From assembly GCA_044070495.1 (NCBI GenBank), contig JBIPSI010000059.1, positions 1 through 13,743 on the forward strand: DNA of 13,743 nucleotides, read 5' to 3'. Position 1 is the first letter of the stretch. Each line of letters opens with the position of its first letter. Positions 1-7,949 of the stretch are shown here, piece after piece. Position numbers and translations under genes: made by a program. Origin of the DNA: Spirulina sp. Lineage in GTDB: Bacteria > Cyanobacteriota > Cyanobacteriia > Phormidesmidales > Phormidesmidaceae. The notes beneath the pieces were generated by a model, which was not told the origin of the DNA, ran no database searches, and saw nothing but the letters and a program-made list of their open reading frames with translations.

Positions 1-8
1 CATGCCGC

Positions 9-172
9 AAGTCCTTGGAGATCCCCCTAAATCCCCCTTAAAAAGGGGGACTTTGACTCCGGTTCCCCCCTTTTTAAGGGGGGCTAGGGGGGATCGATTC
101 CCTGTATCGTCTACGTTAAGGACTTATGTGTACTTAGTAGCTCCCTAGGGAGAAGGGGATGGGGGATAATGG
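9..172. repeat. Composite palindromic intergenic repeat (cyanobacterial REP/MITE-like small dispersed element)
   Basis: Imperfect inverted repeat at 20-95 (GATCCCCCTAAATCCCCCTTAAAAAGGGGGA...CCCCCCTTTTTAAGGGGGGCTAGGGGGGATC). Outer IR AAGTCCTT (9-16) / AAGGACTT (118-125). Perfect 12-bp palindrome CTCCCTAGGGAG (141-152) followed by G-tracts. Resembles repeats I recall from filamentous cyanobacteria. Confidence 0.75.
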
Positions 173-228
173 CATAGACTGGACGCTTTATTCGTTGGAT
201 CACTCTAAGCGAAGGACGAGCACCTCCT

Positions 229-257
229 CCTAGGTGCGAACTAGGATCTCACCTAGG
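229..257 (-). terminator. Stem-loop overlapping the stop codon of the AMIN gene (possible terminator or 3' stability hairpin)
   Basis: CCTAGGTG (229-236) and CACCTAGG (250-257) are perfect reverse complements and span the TAG at 253-255. There is no U-tract, so it is not a canonical intrinsic terminator. Confidence 0.3.
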
Positions 258-2268
258 GCGTTACCCAAGTTCCTGGTACAGCGCCCCATTCCTGGGTTTC
301 GGCGGGCATGGCGGCAATGGGCATGGCTCGGTAGATATCCTGCATCACCTCGGCGTAGATCACCTGGTTGGGTTCAATTACCAGCATTTGGGGGGCGGTT
401 CCCACGGCGGCGGTGGCTCCAATTAAGGCCCCACCGAGCAGACCAATGCCGCTAAATCCGGTGAGGAGGGTGAGAGCCAAGGCCCCTAGGCCCGTGCCCA
501 ACGCTAAACCACCGCCGCTCAATTGAGGCGAGTTATAGACATACTCAGAGGTGCTGGCAAAGGGGATGCGCTGGCCGTTGGGGGCTATCAGCATTTGGCT
601 GACCCACTGGTGGCCATCGCCCCTAGCCTGGAACTGGCCGATGAGCTGACTGCCCGCTGGAGCCACAATGCCATTGGTTACAGGGTCGCGAATTTCGGTT
701 TCCAATACCAGCACTTCCTGATGTACGGTACCCGGATCCAACGTAAGGGAGGCGGGGCCAGTGTAGCGCAGTTCCAAAATGCTGCCAGCGGCGATCAGGG
801 TATCGGGGGCAAGGCGGCGATCTCCCCAGATGGGGTCAGATCCGGACAAACCACCAGGTAAGGGCTGACCAAAGGAAATCGCCGCATCGGGGGCCACGGC
901 CACCGGAATCGGTTCGGCGGCCAAGTTAGGCGGAATCACCACCCCAGGGACGGTGGGGCTGGGCGGATTGTTCGGCACCGCTAGGCGGTTGTCGGTGGCG
1001 GGGGGCTGGTTGGCCACGGTGGGGCTGGCGGCGGTGGGGGGAGGCACCGTTAAAAAGGGCGGCTCCACGGTGGTCGTTGGGGCGGTGACGGCGGGACTGC
1101 CCCCAGGCGTGGATCGACTCGGCCCTTGGGCCACGGGATTGCCTCCAGCCATGGGTGGCGGAGTGGAAATCGTGGCCGAGGGGGGCGCAACGGTGGGGGC
1201 GGATGGGGCGGTCATCGATGGGGCGGTAGCCGTGGGAGGTGTCACCGTGGGCGCAGGGCTGATGGGGATGGCTAGGCCGTTGTTCTCTTGGTCGATGCTG
1301 GGGGGAAGCCCCTGGGCCACGGTGGGCTGCGGGGGCACTACCTGGGCCGGAGGCAGGGTGGAATTAGGGGCGGGATTACTACTAGCCTGAGGGGGGACAA
1401 CGGCGGGCGCAGGAACCGTAGCGGGAGCCGCCGCCACCGAACCAGGGCTAGGTTGACTACCAGGCGGAGGCGCAACGATGACACCCCCCGTCGTGACGCC
1501 GCTGGGGCCACTGGCGATCTGGGGATTGCCCAGGGACGGCACCACCACCGTTGGGTTCGGGAGGGGGACGCCCACCGCCGCATCCAGTTCCTCTAGGCTG
1601 GGCACCGTTACCTGCTGGGCCACGTCAGGTAGACCTAGGTTGAAGGGATCAATCGCCAGGGTGTCGGGCAGGGTGTTGAAGGTATCGAGGTTGGCGGGCT
1701 GCATGAGGTTGGCCGCCGAAATACTGAGTCGTCCTACGCCAGTGTAGGGCCAGCTCAAATTGGGATCAGCGGGCAGGGGCGGCAGTTCCACAATCATGCC
1801 GGGGGCCGTTTCTGCGCCAGGGGTCGCGTCTGCCACCGCCGCTTGGGCCACCCTCGGCGTAAACACCCAGCGGGTTTGATCCGCCGCCGCCATCGACACC
1901 CATTGCCCAGGCTCCTCTGCCCAGGTTGCCCCAGGGGCCAGGGTGAGTAGGATATCAATCCCGTTCTCCCTAGGTAAAAGCTGAATCTGCTGCACCGGGC
2001 CATCGTAGGTGGCGGTGGTGGGCACAGATCCCAACGCTACATTGGGCAGGGTTAACACAAGCCCCTCTGAGGTAAGGGCGTACTGGGGGGTGACCTCCGC
2101 AGGCAGGGTGAGGGTTAGCTGCTGGGTGGCGGGGTCAAACTGCCAGGCCGCTAGGGTGTCTGCCATCGCCGCCGGACAAACCCCCACTAGGGCGGCCAAC
2201 GCCACGCCGCCGCCCACGCCAGCGGGAATGACGGCTGAACTAAACCAGGACGGAGTAAACCGTTGCAT
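253..2268 (-). CDS. Exported AMIN-domain protein with long Pro/Thr/Ala-rich linker and C-terminal TrbI/VirB10-like domain with Gly-rich hydrophobic hairpin
   Basis: ATG at 2268 has AGAGGA 7 nt upstream, so it is preferred over the ORF-track start at 2307. Hydrophobic signal ends ...PAAMA/DT. AMIN-like segment TLAAWQFDPATQQLTLTLP...LVLTLPN...GPVQQIQL...DILLTL. About 250 aa of low-complexity P/T/A sequence. C-terminus IAAGSILELRY...IVAPAGSQLIGQF...GGGLALGTGLGALA...GLLGGALIGA...LVIEPNQ. Confidence 0.8.
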   Translation of the reverse strand: MQRFTPSWFSSAVIPAGVGGGVALAALVGVCPAAMADTLAAWQFDPATQQLTLTLPAEVTPQYALTSEGLVLTLPNVALGSVPTTATYDGPVQQIQLLPRENGIDILLTLAPGATWAEEPGQWVSMAAADQTRWVFTPRVAQAAVADATPGAETAPGMIVELPPLPADPNLSWPYTGVGRLSISAANLMQPANLDTFNTLPDTLAIDPFNLGLPDVAQQVTVPSLEELDAAVGVPLPNPTVVVPSLGNPQIASGPSGVTTGGVIVAPPPGSQPSPGSVAAAPATVPAPAVVPPQASSNPAPNSTLPPAQVVPPQPTVAQGLPPSIDQENNGLAIPISPAPTVTPPTATAPSMTAPSAPTVAPPSATISTPPPMAGGNPVAQGPSRSTPGGSPAVTAPTTTVEPPFLTVPPPTAASPTVANQPPATDNRLAVPNNPPSPTVPGVVIPPNLAAEPIPVAVAPDAAISFGQPLPGGLSGSDPIWGDRRLAPDTLIAAGSILELRYTGPASLTLDPGTVHQEVLVLETEIRDPVTNGIVAPAGSQLIGQFQARGDGHQWVSQMLIAPNGQRIPFASTSEYVYNSPQLSGGGLALGTGLGALALTLLTGFSGIGLLGGALIGATAAVGTAPQMLVIEPNQVIYAEVMQDIYRAMPIAAMPAETQEWGAVPGTWVTP

Positions 2269-2392
2269 GGGGCTGTCCTCTAAACCAAGGGCTAGGTTGC
2301 ACTGCAAAGCAAAGAACCGACCGAGGCTACCGTAGCGGCTCCCGTCGTTTTGCCTTGGCCTTCGGAGACCACGCCCCCGAAAAACCTAACTA

Positions 2393-2420
2393 AGAATACG
2401 CACAATTTCTAAAAATGCAA
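2393..2420 (-). promoter_or_regulatory. Candidate sigma70-type promoter for the AMIN gene
   Basis: Minus strand TTGCAT (2420-2415) - 16 nt - TATTCT (2398-2393), in an AT-rich patch about 125 nt upstream of the ATG at 2268. Confidence 0.4.
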
Positions 2421-2437
2421 GCCCCTAGCCGATTTTT

Positions 2438-2785
2438 CTACTGCCGTCCGGCGAGGCTAAAGTTTCGGAAATGCTTGGCTTGCTCTTCAATGCGGGAGGC
2501 GATGCGGTCGCAGACCATGCCGCAGAGGTCGAAAATTAGGTCGTCGGAAACGCTGTAGTAGGCGGAGGTGCCCTCGGTGCGGCGGCTGAGGATACCCGCT
2601 TGTAGCATCACCTTAAGATGCTTGGAAACGTTGGCCTGGCTAGTTTGGGTGGCTTCTACCAATTCTTGAACGCACTTTTCACCATCACGAAGCAGGTTGA
2701 GGATGCGCAGACGCATAGGCTCGCTCAAGACACTAAAATATTCGGCGACCTGCTGCACCACTTCGGGCGGTACGGTATCAACCAC
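2438..2785 (-). CDS. ArsR/SmtB-family winged-helix transcriptional regulator
   Basis: FSVLSEPMRLRILNLL...EKCVQEL...SQANVSKHLKVMLQAGIL...YYSV is a typical ArsR HTH. GTG at 2785 is preceded by AGGA (caggaagaactGTG). Alternative ATG at 2821. Confidence 0.9.
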   Translation of the reverse strand: MVDTVPPEVVQQVAEYFSVLSEPMRLRILNLLRDGEKCVQELVEATQTSQANVSKHLKVMLQAGILSRRTEGTSAYYSVSDDLIFDLCGMVCDRIASRIEEQAKHFRNFSLAGRQ

Positions 2786-2890
2786 AGTTCTTCCTGGCCT
2801 GTTAAAAAGAATTAGGCCCATCTTAACAAGTTTTTTAGGTTTTCCAGATTGAGAGAAAAACTGAAGTAAAAGCCGCCTTGGCCTAGGATC

Positions 2891-3502
2891 CTAACGCGTC
2901 GGGACGAGTTGCGTTTGTAGGAGAGGCAAGTCTTCCTTCAAAAACACCACCATACGGCCTAGATAGGGGGTACCGCTCTCGCCGTAGGCCAGTTCATACC
3001 AGTAGGCAAAGCGCTCGCCAGAACGCACCGTACCAACCAGGGTGAGGTTGGGGTTAGGGCCAGCCTGGTTGGTGGGATACTCAAACAAAATTTCCCCCTG
3101 GCGATAGTCGTTGAAAATTTGGGGGCCGTAGATCAGCCGCAGGGATTCCTCCAGGCGATCCACCGTGATGGCGTTGGCGTGGTCTACCAGGGTAAAGCGC
3201 TCGGTGCGGATGGTGCGCCGGGCATCGGTGGGCAGGGCACCTGCCACAGGAAATAGGCTGGCCTGGAAGGAAAACCGCTGGCCAGGGCTAGGGGTGCGGT
3301 TAATGCTCAAACGCTCGTTGGGGGCGGGGTTCAGGGTAGGGTTATTGCGAATCCAAGACTCGGCTACGGTGGCCGATTGGCCAGGAATCGCCACACTGGG
3401 CTGGGCCAGCAACCCCAGGGTCACCAAGGCCGCCCCCCATCCGTATCCCCAATAGGTGACCCATTGAGACCGCAAAATTTGTCCTAGAAATGTCGCTGCC
3501 AT
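2891..3502 (-). CDS. Hypothetical exported protein (signal peptide ...LLAQPSVA/IPGQ)
   Basis: Long ORF filling the gap between genes on the same strand. ATG at 3502 is preceded by GAGG. It has a hydrophobic N-terminal stretch with an S-V-A cleavage-like site. No family recognised. Confidence 0.75.
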   Translation of the reverse strand: MAATFLGQILRSQWVTYWGYGWGAALVTLGLLAQPSVAIPGQSATVAESWIRNNPTLNPAPNERLSINRTPSPGQRFSFQASLFPVAGALPTDARRTIRTERFTLVDHANAITVDRLEESLRLIYGPQIFNDYRQGEILFEYPTNQAGPNPNLTLVGTVRSGERFAYWYELAYGESGTPYLGRMVVFLKEDLPLLQTQLVPTR

Positions 3503-3600
3503 CGTTTTACCTCGCAATGCTGATGCCCTGGCACCAGAGGAACCCGTGCCCCATGATAGCGACCCGTGATCTTTTTGGCCCCTGTCCCGCCCCAGACAAC

Positions 3601-4845
3601 CTAACCTAGGGCGGGCGTCGGTTGTTCTGGGTTGGCCAGGGTGGATCGGGCCTGGGCCATGTCGGACAGCACAGCGTCGAGGATTTGTTCGCGCAGGTCA
3701 GGGATGACGGCCAAGGCCCGCGTCCAATCGGGAATTTGGGTACCCGTGGGGTCATCGAGGTACTGCTGTCCGGCGGCGACGATCACCTGCTCAAAGGTTT
3801 CGATGGTGACCTCCTCCTGGTGACGGTCGTAGGCCAGGTGGTTAACACGGGCATCGACAAAATACTGGCGGGCCAGGTTTTGGGCTTCGCGGCGGTATTT
3901 GATCCGTAGCGCCCGGATGTGGTCGGGGCCAATCACCACCTGCTCGGTTTCGGTGAGGGTGCGAAAGATGGACTGAAGAATATCGCGGCACATTTTTTGC
4001 AGCCCCACATTGGCAGAATGGCCGAGGGACTGGTGTTTGTGCTCGAAGATGCCGAGGTCGATCTGGGCCACCCGCTTCAGGGCCACATTGCGGTACACCT
4101 CCGCCAGCAGCCCCACCTCCAACCCCCAGTTGCCAGGAATGCGGGTATTCAGGGCCAGGTCGCTGGTGAGGGCAAATTCCCCCGACAGGGGATAGCGATA
4201 GGCGTCGAGGTAGCGCAGGTAATCGCGGTAGCCAAACAGTTCCATCAGAGAGGTAATCAACGGCGTCACAAACAGCCGCGTCACCCGTCCGTGGAGACGC
4301 TGGTGGCCAATGCGGGCATAGTAGGCCTTACAGAAGGCAATGCCAAACTCCTGCTCTAGCAGCGGGTAGAGCAGCTTGAGGGGGTAGGTGCGGTCGTAGG
4401 TGGTGATGTCGGCATCGTGGAGGGCAATGGCGGCGGCATCGAGGGAGGCCAGCCCTAGCCCTAGCCACACCGCCCGTCCCTTGCCCCGAAATTGGAGTAG
4501 GTCTAACCCCTGATCGGCGAGGGTTTGCAAAATGCCGGTGATAGCCGGGCCGTTTTCCCACAGCACAAAGGTGGGCTGGGGCAACGGCTCAAAAAATTTC
4601 ACCGCCTGCTTATACTGCTCGAAGGTGTCGGCATAGAGGCAGATGACAACATTGTTGACGAAGTTGCATTGGCCAAGCTGGTCGCAAATGGTGCGCAGGG
4701 CGGGTCGCTCCAGTTCTTCGTAGAGGGAGGGAATCAGCACAGCGGTGGGCTGGGTTTGACTGAGTTCCGTCAGTCGTTCCTCCAGGCGAGTTATCTCGCC
4801 GCCCAAATCGTGAATGGTGGTAATCAACTCTTGTTTGTAGTCCAT
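3601..4845 (-). CDS. gpgS: Glucosyl-3-phosphoglycerate synthase (GT-A glycosyltransferase, glucosylglycerate synthesis)
   Basis: N-terminus MDYKQELITTIHD; GKGRAVW; LHDADI (DxD motif); FCKAYYAR...LHGRVTRLFVTPL; YPLSGEFA; WGLEVGLLAEV; EHKHQ. These match cyanobacterial/proteobacterial GpgS. Confidence 0.88.
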   Translation of the reverse strand: MDYKQELITTIHDLGGEITRLEERLTELSQTQPTAVLIPSLYEELERPALRTICDQLGQCNFVNNVVICLYADTFEQYKQAVKFFEPLPQPTFVLWENGPAITGILQTLADQGLDLLQFRGKGRAVWLGLGLASLDAAAIALHDADITTYDRTYPLKLLYPLLEQEFGIAFCKAYYARIGHQRLHGRVTRLFVTPLITSLMELFGYRDYLRYLDAYRYPLSGEFALTSDLALNTRIPGNWGLEVGLLAEVYRNVALKRVAQIDLGIFEHKHQSLGHSANVGLQKMCRDILQSIFRTLTETEQVVIGPDHIRALRIKYRREAQNLARQYFVDARVNHLAYDRHQEEVTIETFEQVIVAAGQQYLDDPTGTQIPDWTRALAVIPDLREQILDAVLSDMAQARSTLANPEQPTPALG

Positions 4846-5639
4846 GCCAACCTGATTGCCTGACAGAAGGGGGAGAAAGACTGGAACACTCGTGATCTGA
4901 CTGGGAAGGGGTGAGATGACATGGGACGCTGAAATTTGCGTATCTCAGGGCTTTTACCCTGCCAGCCAACACCTGCATCTATGATCAAGTGCTGTCGTTG
5001 CTGCGTCAATACAGCCCTCCTCGCGACCTAAAACACGGCAACGCCCTGGGGGCATGGCTGATGGGACGGCCCTGAATGATTCCTAGTAATCCATTACAGC
5101 AAACAGGACGAGGAGAACGGAATTGTACGATACCTTCCTCGGTAATCATTGGATCTCTTCATAGGATCGCGACATCACCGGTAGCCGTTCTCAGCCTAGC
5201 CAGGCCTATATTGACTAGGCTTAACAATTAAAAAGTTTTATTTCGATACATCTCCCTGGATTTCAGTCCGTAAGTTTCTGTTTTATTTAACCTTTTTCTT
5301 CCGAGTTGTCCTGGCATCTAGGATATGCTTCTAAATAAGGCATAGAAGAAAGATCGGTGCCTGTTTTAGTGGAATTCAAATCGGAATAAAGCCTAGACCA
5401 GGCCTTTCAGTCGCTACAGGATAACATCTTGAACGAGGGAAAATAGCGTCTAGAGTGCTATTTCGACAGCGGGTTGATTTGCAAGTTGGTTTTTGAATAA
5501 CGGTTAGATCGCTTCCCTAGATCTGGTTTTGAGGCTCACCAAGCTTGAGCTTTGGCTAGATGAGTCGGCCTAGATCTAGAGATCACGCCTGAAGTAGTGT
5601 CACTGCATTGCCCTATTGATTGTTTAGGAGCCTGCCACC
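4846..5639. promoter_or_regulatory. Divergent gpgS / phytochrome intergenic control region
   Basis: 794 bp with lower GC than the flanking genes and no credible long ORF. It lies between divergent starts and contains several palindromes and a direct repeat (see findings). Confidence 0.65.
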
Positions 5640-7949
5640 ATGGTTGACGTTAGATTTGAACAAGACTACCGCCTGACGGCCCTCAAACAGCCGGATTTAA
5701 ATGCCCTCACCCAAGTACAGCCCCACGGGGTTTTGCTGGTGTTGAATGAGGCGGATCTATCTGTGGTGCAGGTGAGCGAAAATACCCTCGAAGCCTTTGG
5801 ACTATCGGTGGATGAGGTGCTAGGGAAAACCCTGGATGATCTGCTGGATGATTACCAGGTCGATCAGTTCCGGGCAGGGCTCTATGCCGATCATCTCGAT
5901 GTAATGAACCCCACCAAAATTTGGGTGCGGCGGCGCGGCGATGACTACGGCGTTTACGATGCGGTGTTCCATCGCAATGGGGCAGGCTTTTTAATTTTGG
6001 AACTCGAACCCGCCCTGAATTCCGATAATATTCCTTTCCTCAGTTTTTATCATCTGGCCCGTACCTCCATTGGGCAGCTAGAGGCCGGATCGGCCAGTTT
6101 GGCAGATTTTTGCCGGATCATTGTCCACGAAGTGCGTCAGGTGACGGGCTTTGATCGGGTGATGTTGTATAAGTTTGATGACGACGGCCATGGTGAAGTT
6201 TTAGCGGAAGAAAAAACCGAGGATATGGAGTCCTATCTGGGGCTGCACTTCCCGGAATCCGATGTGCCTGCTCCGGCTCGCAAAATGTTTTTATCGAACT
6301 GGATTCGGGTGATTCCCAACGCCAGCGCTGAACCTGTGGATTTGGTGCCTGCGGTGAACCCCGTTACCCAGCAGCCGACGGATTTGGTGATGTCGATTTT
6401 GCGGCAGCCCTACCATTGCCACATTGAATATTTGCACCACATGAATGTGGAGGCATCGCTGACCATTTCCTTGATGAAGGATCAAAAACTGTGGGGGCTA
6501 ATTGCCTGTCACCACAAGACACCGAAGTATGTGCCCTACGAACTGCGGAAAGCCTGCGAATTTTTGGGCCGGGTGATTTTCTCCGAAATTTCTACCCTTG
6601 AAGAAGAGGCCGACCAAAGCTATCGGCTGCAACTGGCGGCGGTACAAACGGCTCTAATTGACCAAATGGCCCAGGAAGACTACTTCATCGACGGCCTGGT
6701 GCGGCGCGACCCCAACCTGCTGGATTTGGTGGGGGCCAAGGGGGCGGCCATCTGCTTTGGCGGCCAGTGGACAACCCTAGGCCGCACCCCACCGGAGGAG
6801 GAACTGAACTACCTGGTGCAGTGGCTGGGTAAGGCCGTCAGCGATGAGATCTACGTTACCGATGCCCTGCCGATGGAGTATTCCGAGGCCCAGCGGTTCA
6901 AGGATGTGGCCAGTGGGTTGATTGCCATCCCCATTTCCAAGCGCAGCTATGTGCTGTGGTTCCGCCCAGAGGTGCTGCAAACCGTGAACTGGGGCGGCAA
7001 CCCCAACGAAGCCTATACCCTGGTGGGCGAGGCGGAAAACCAGTGGCTTTGCCCCCGCAAATCCTTTGAACTGTGGAAGGAAACCGTTAGCCTACGGTCG
7101 CTGCCCTGGCAGGGGGTGGAGGTAAAAGCGGCCCTAGAACTGCGGAAGGCAATTGTGAACATTGTGCTGCGGCAGGCGGAGGAACTGGCCCTACTGGCGA
7201 CGGATTTGGAACGCTCCAACGCCGAACTGAAAAAGTTTGCCTACGTGGCCTCCCACGATTTGCAGGAACCCCTGAACCAGGTGGCCAACTTTGTGCAGCT
7301 TTTGGAAATGCGCTACGACGCCAAGCTGGACGAGGACGGCAAGGAATTCATCGGTTTCGCCGTAGAAGGGGTGAGCCTGATGCAAACCCTGATCGACGAC
7401 GTGCTGACCTATAGCAAGGTGGATCTCCAGGGCATTGAGTGGCAGCTCACCAATGTGCAAGATTCCCTCGACCAAGCCCTAGGCAACCTGCGGGGGCGCA
7501 TCGCCGAAACCGGAGCGGTGATTACGGTGGATCCCCTACCCACCATCGTGGCCGACGGCACCCAGTTGATGCAGCTCTTCCAAAACCTAATCGGCAACGC
7601 CATCAAGTTCCGCAAGGCCGAAGAAACGCCCCACATCCACATTGGGGTGCAGCGCCAGGAAGACCAATGGCTGTTCTCGGTGGCGGACAATGGTATTGGG
7701 TTTGACCCGCAGTTTGCCGAGCGCATCTTTGTGATTTTCCAGCGCCTCCACACCCGCGACGAATACGCCGGATCAGGCATGGGGTTGGCCATTTGCAAGA
7801 AAATCATCGAGTGCCACCGAGGGCGCATCTGGGTAGAGGCCGTTCCCAACCAAGGGGCCACCTTCTACTTCACTATCCCCGTTGAAGGACGTGATCGCAG
7901 CCATGGCAACGGACGCAAAACCCAAAACTATCTTTTTAGTCGAGGATAA
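5640..7949 (+). CDS. cph1: Cyanobacterial phytochrome histidine kinase (PAS-GAF-PHY-HisKA-HATPase), Cph1/AphA/CphA type
   Basis: VQPHGVLL; GFDRVMLYKF; LHFPESDVP; YHCH with GAF bilin Cys at aa 260; LWGLIACHH; WFRPE...NWGG and PRKSF tongue; H-box ASHDLQEPL; N/G1/F/G2 boxes. RBS AGGAG upstream. Confidence 0.96.
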   Translation: MVDVRFEQDYRLTALKQPDLNALTQVQPHGVLLVLNEADLSVVQVSENTLEAFGLSVDEVLGKTLDDLLDDYQVDQFRAGLYADHLDVMNPTKIWVRRRGDDYGVYDAVFHRNGAGFLILELEPALNSDNIPFLSFYHLARTSIGQLEAGSASLADFCRIIVHEVRQVTGFDRVMLYKFDDDGHGEVLAEEKTEDMESYLGLHFPESDVPAPARKMFLSNWIRVIPNASAEPVDLVPAVNPVTQQPTDLVMSILRQPYHCHIEYLHHMNVEASLTISLMKDQKLWGLIACHHKTPKYVPYELRKACEFLGRVIFSEISTLEEEADQSYRLQLAAVQTALIDQMAQEDYFIDGLVRRDPNLLDLVGAKGAAICFGGQWTTLGRTPPEEELNYLVQWLGKAVSDEIYVTDALPMEYSEAQRFKDVASGLIAIPISKRSYVLWFRPEVLQTVNWGGNPNEAYTLVGEAENQWLCPRKSFELWKETVSLRSLPWQGVEVKAALELRKAIVNIVLRQAEELALLATDLERSNAELKKFAYVASHDLQEPLNQVANFVQLLEMRYDAKLDEDGKEFIGFAVEGVSLMQTLIDDVLTYSKVDLQGIEWQLTNVQDSLDQALGNLRGRIAETGAVITVDPLPTIVADGTQLMQLFQNLIGNAIKFRKAEETPHIHIGVQRQEDQWLFSVADNGIGFDPQFAERIFVIFQRLHTRDEYAGSGMGLAICKKIIECHRGRIWVEAVPNQGATFYFTIPVEGRDRSHGNGRKTQNYLFSRG

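Noticed and set aside
1000..1560. Pro-rich region as a DNA tandem repeat or CRISPR-like array
   Set aside because: The repetition is only imperfect and at the amino-acid level. There is no fixed-length repeat-spacer structure here or elsewhere in the window.
234..2335. Plus-strand ORFs opposite the AMIN gene (e.g. Gly/Val-rich 953-1390)
   Set aside because: These are shadow ORFs expected antisense to GC-rich, Pro-rich coding sequence.
4610..5009. ORFs 4610-4978 and 4824-5009 (minus strand) as gpgS leader peptides
   Set aside because: They overlap gpgS out of frame, have no clear RBS, and show no recognisable protein features.
5086..5097. GTAATCCATTAC palindrome upstream of gpgS as an NtcA site
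   Set aside because: The spacing is GTA-N6-TAC, not the GTA-N8-TAC NtcA consensus, and I found no canonical NtcA box in the spacer by eye. It could still bind another factor.
5640..5720. Phytochrome as a biliverdin-binding bacteriophytochrome
   Set aside because: There is no N-terminal Cys before the PAS domain, and the GAF Cys (YHCH) is present, indicating Cph1-type attachment.
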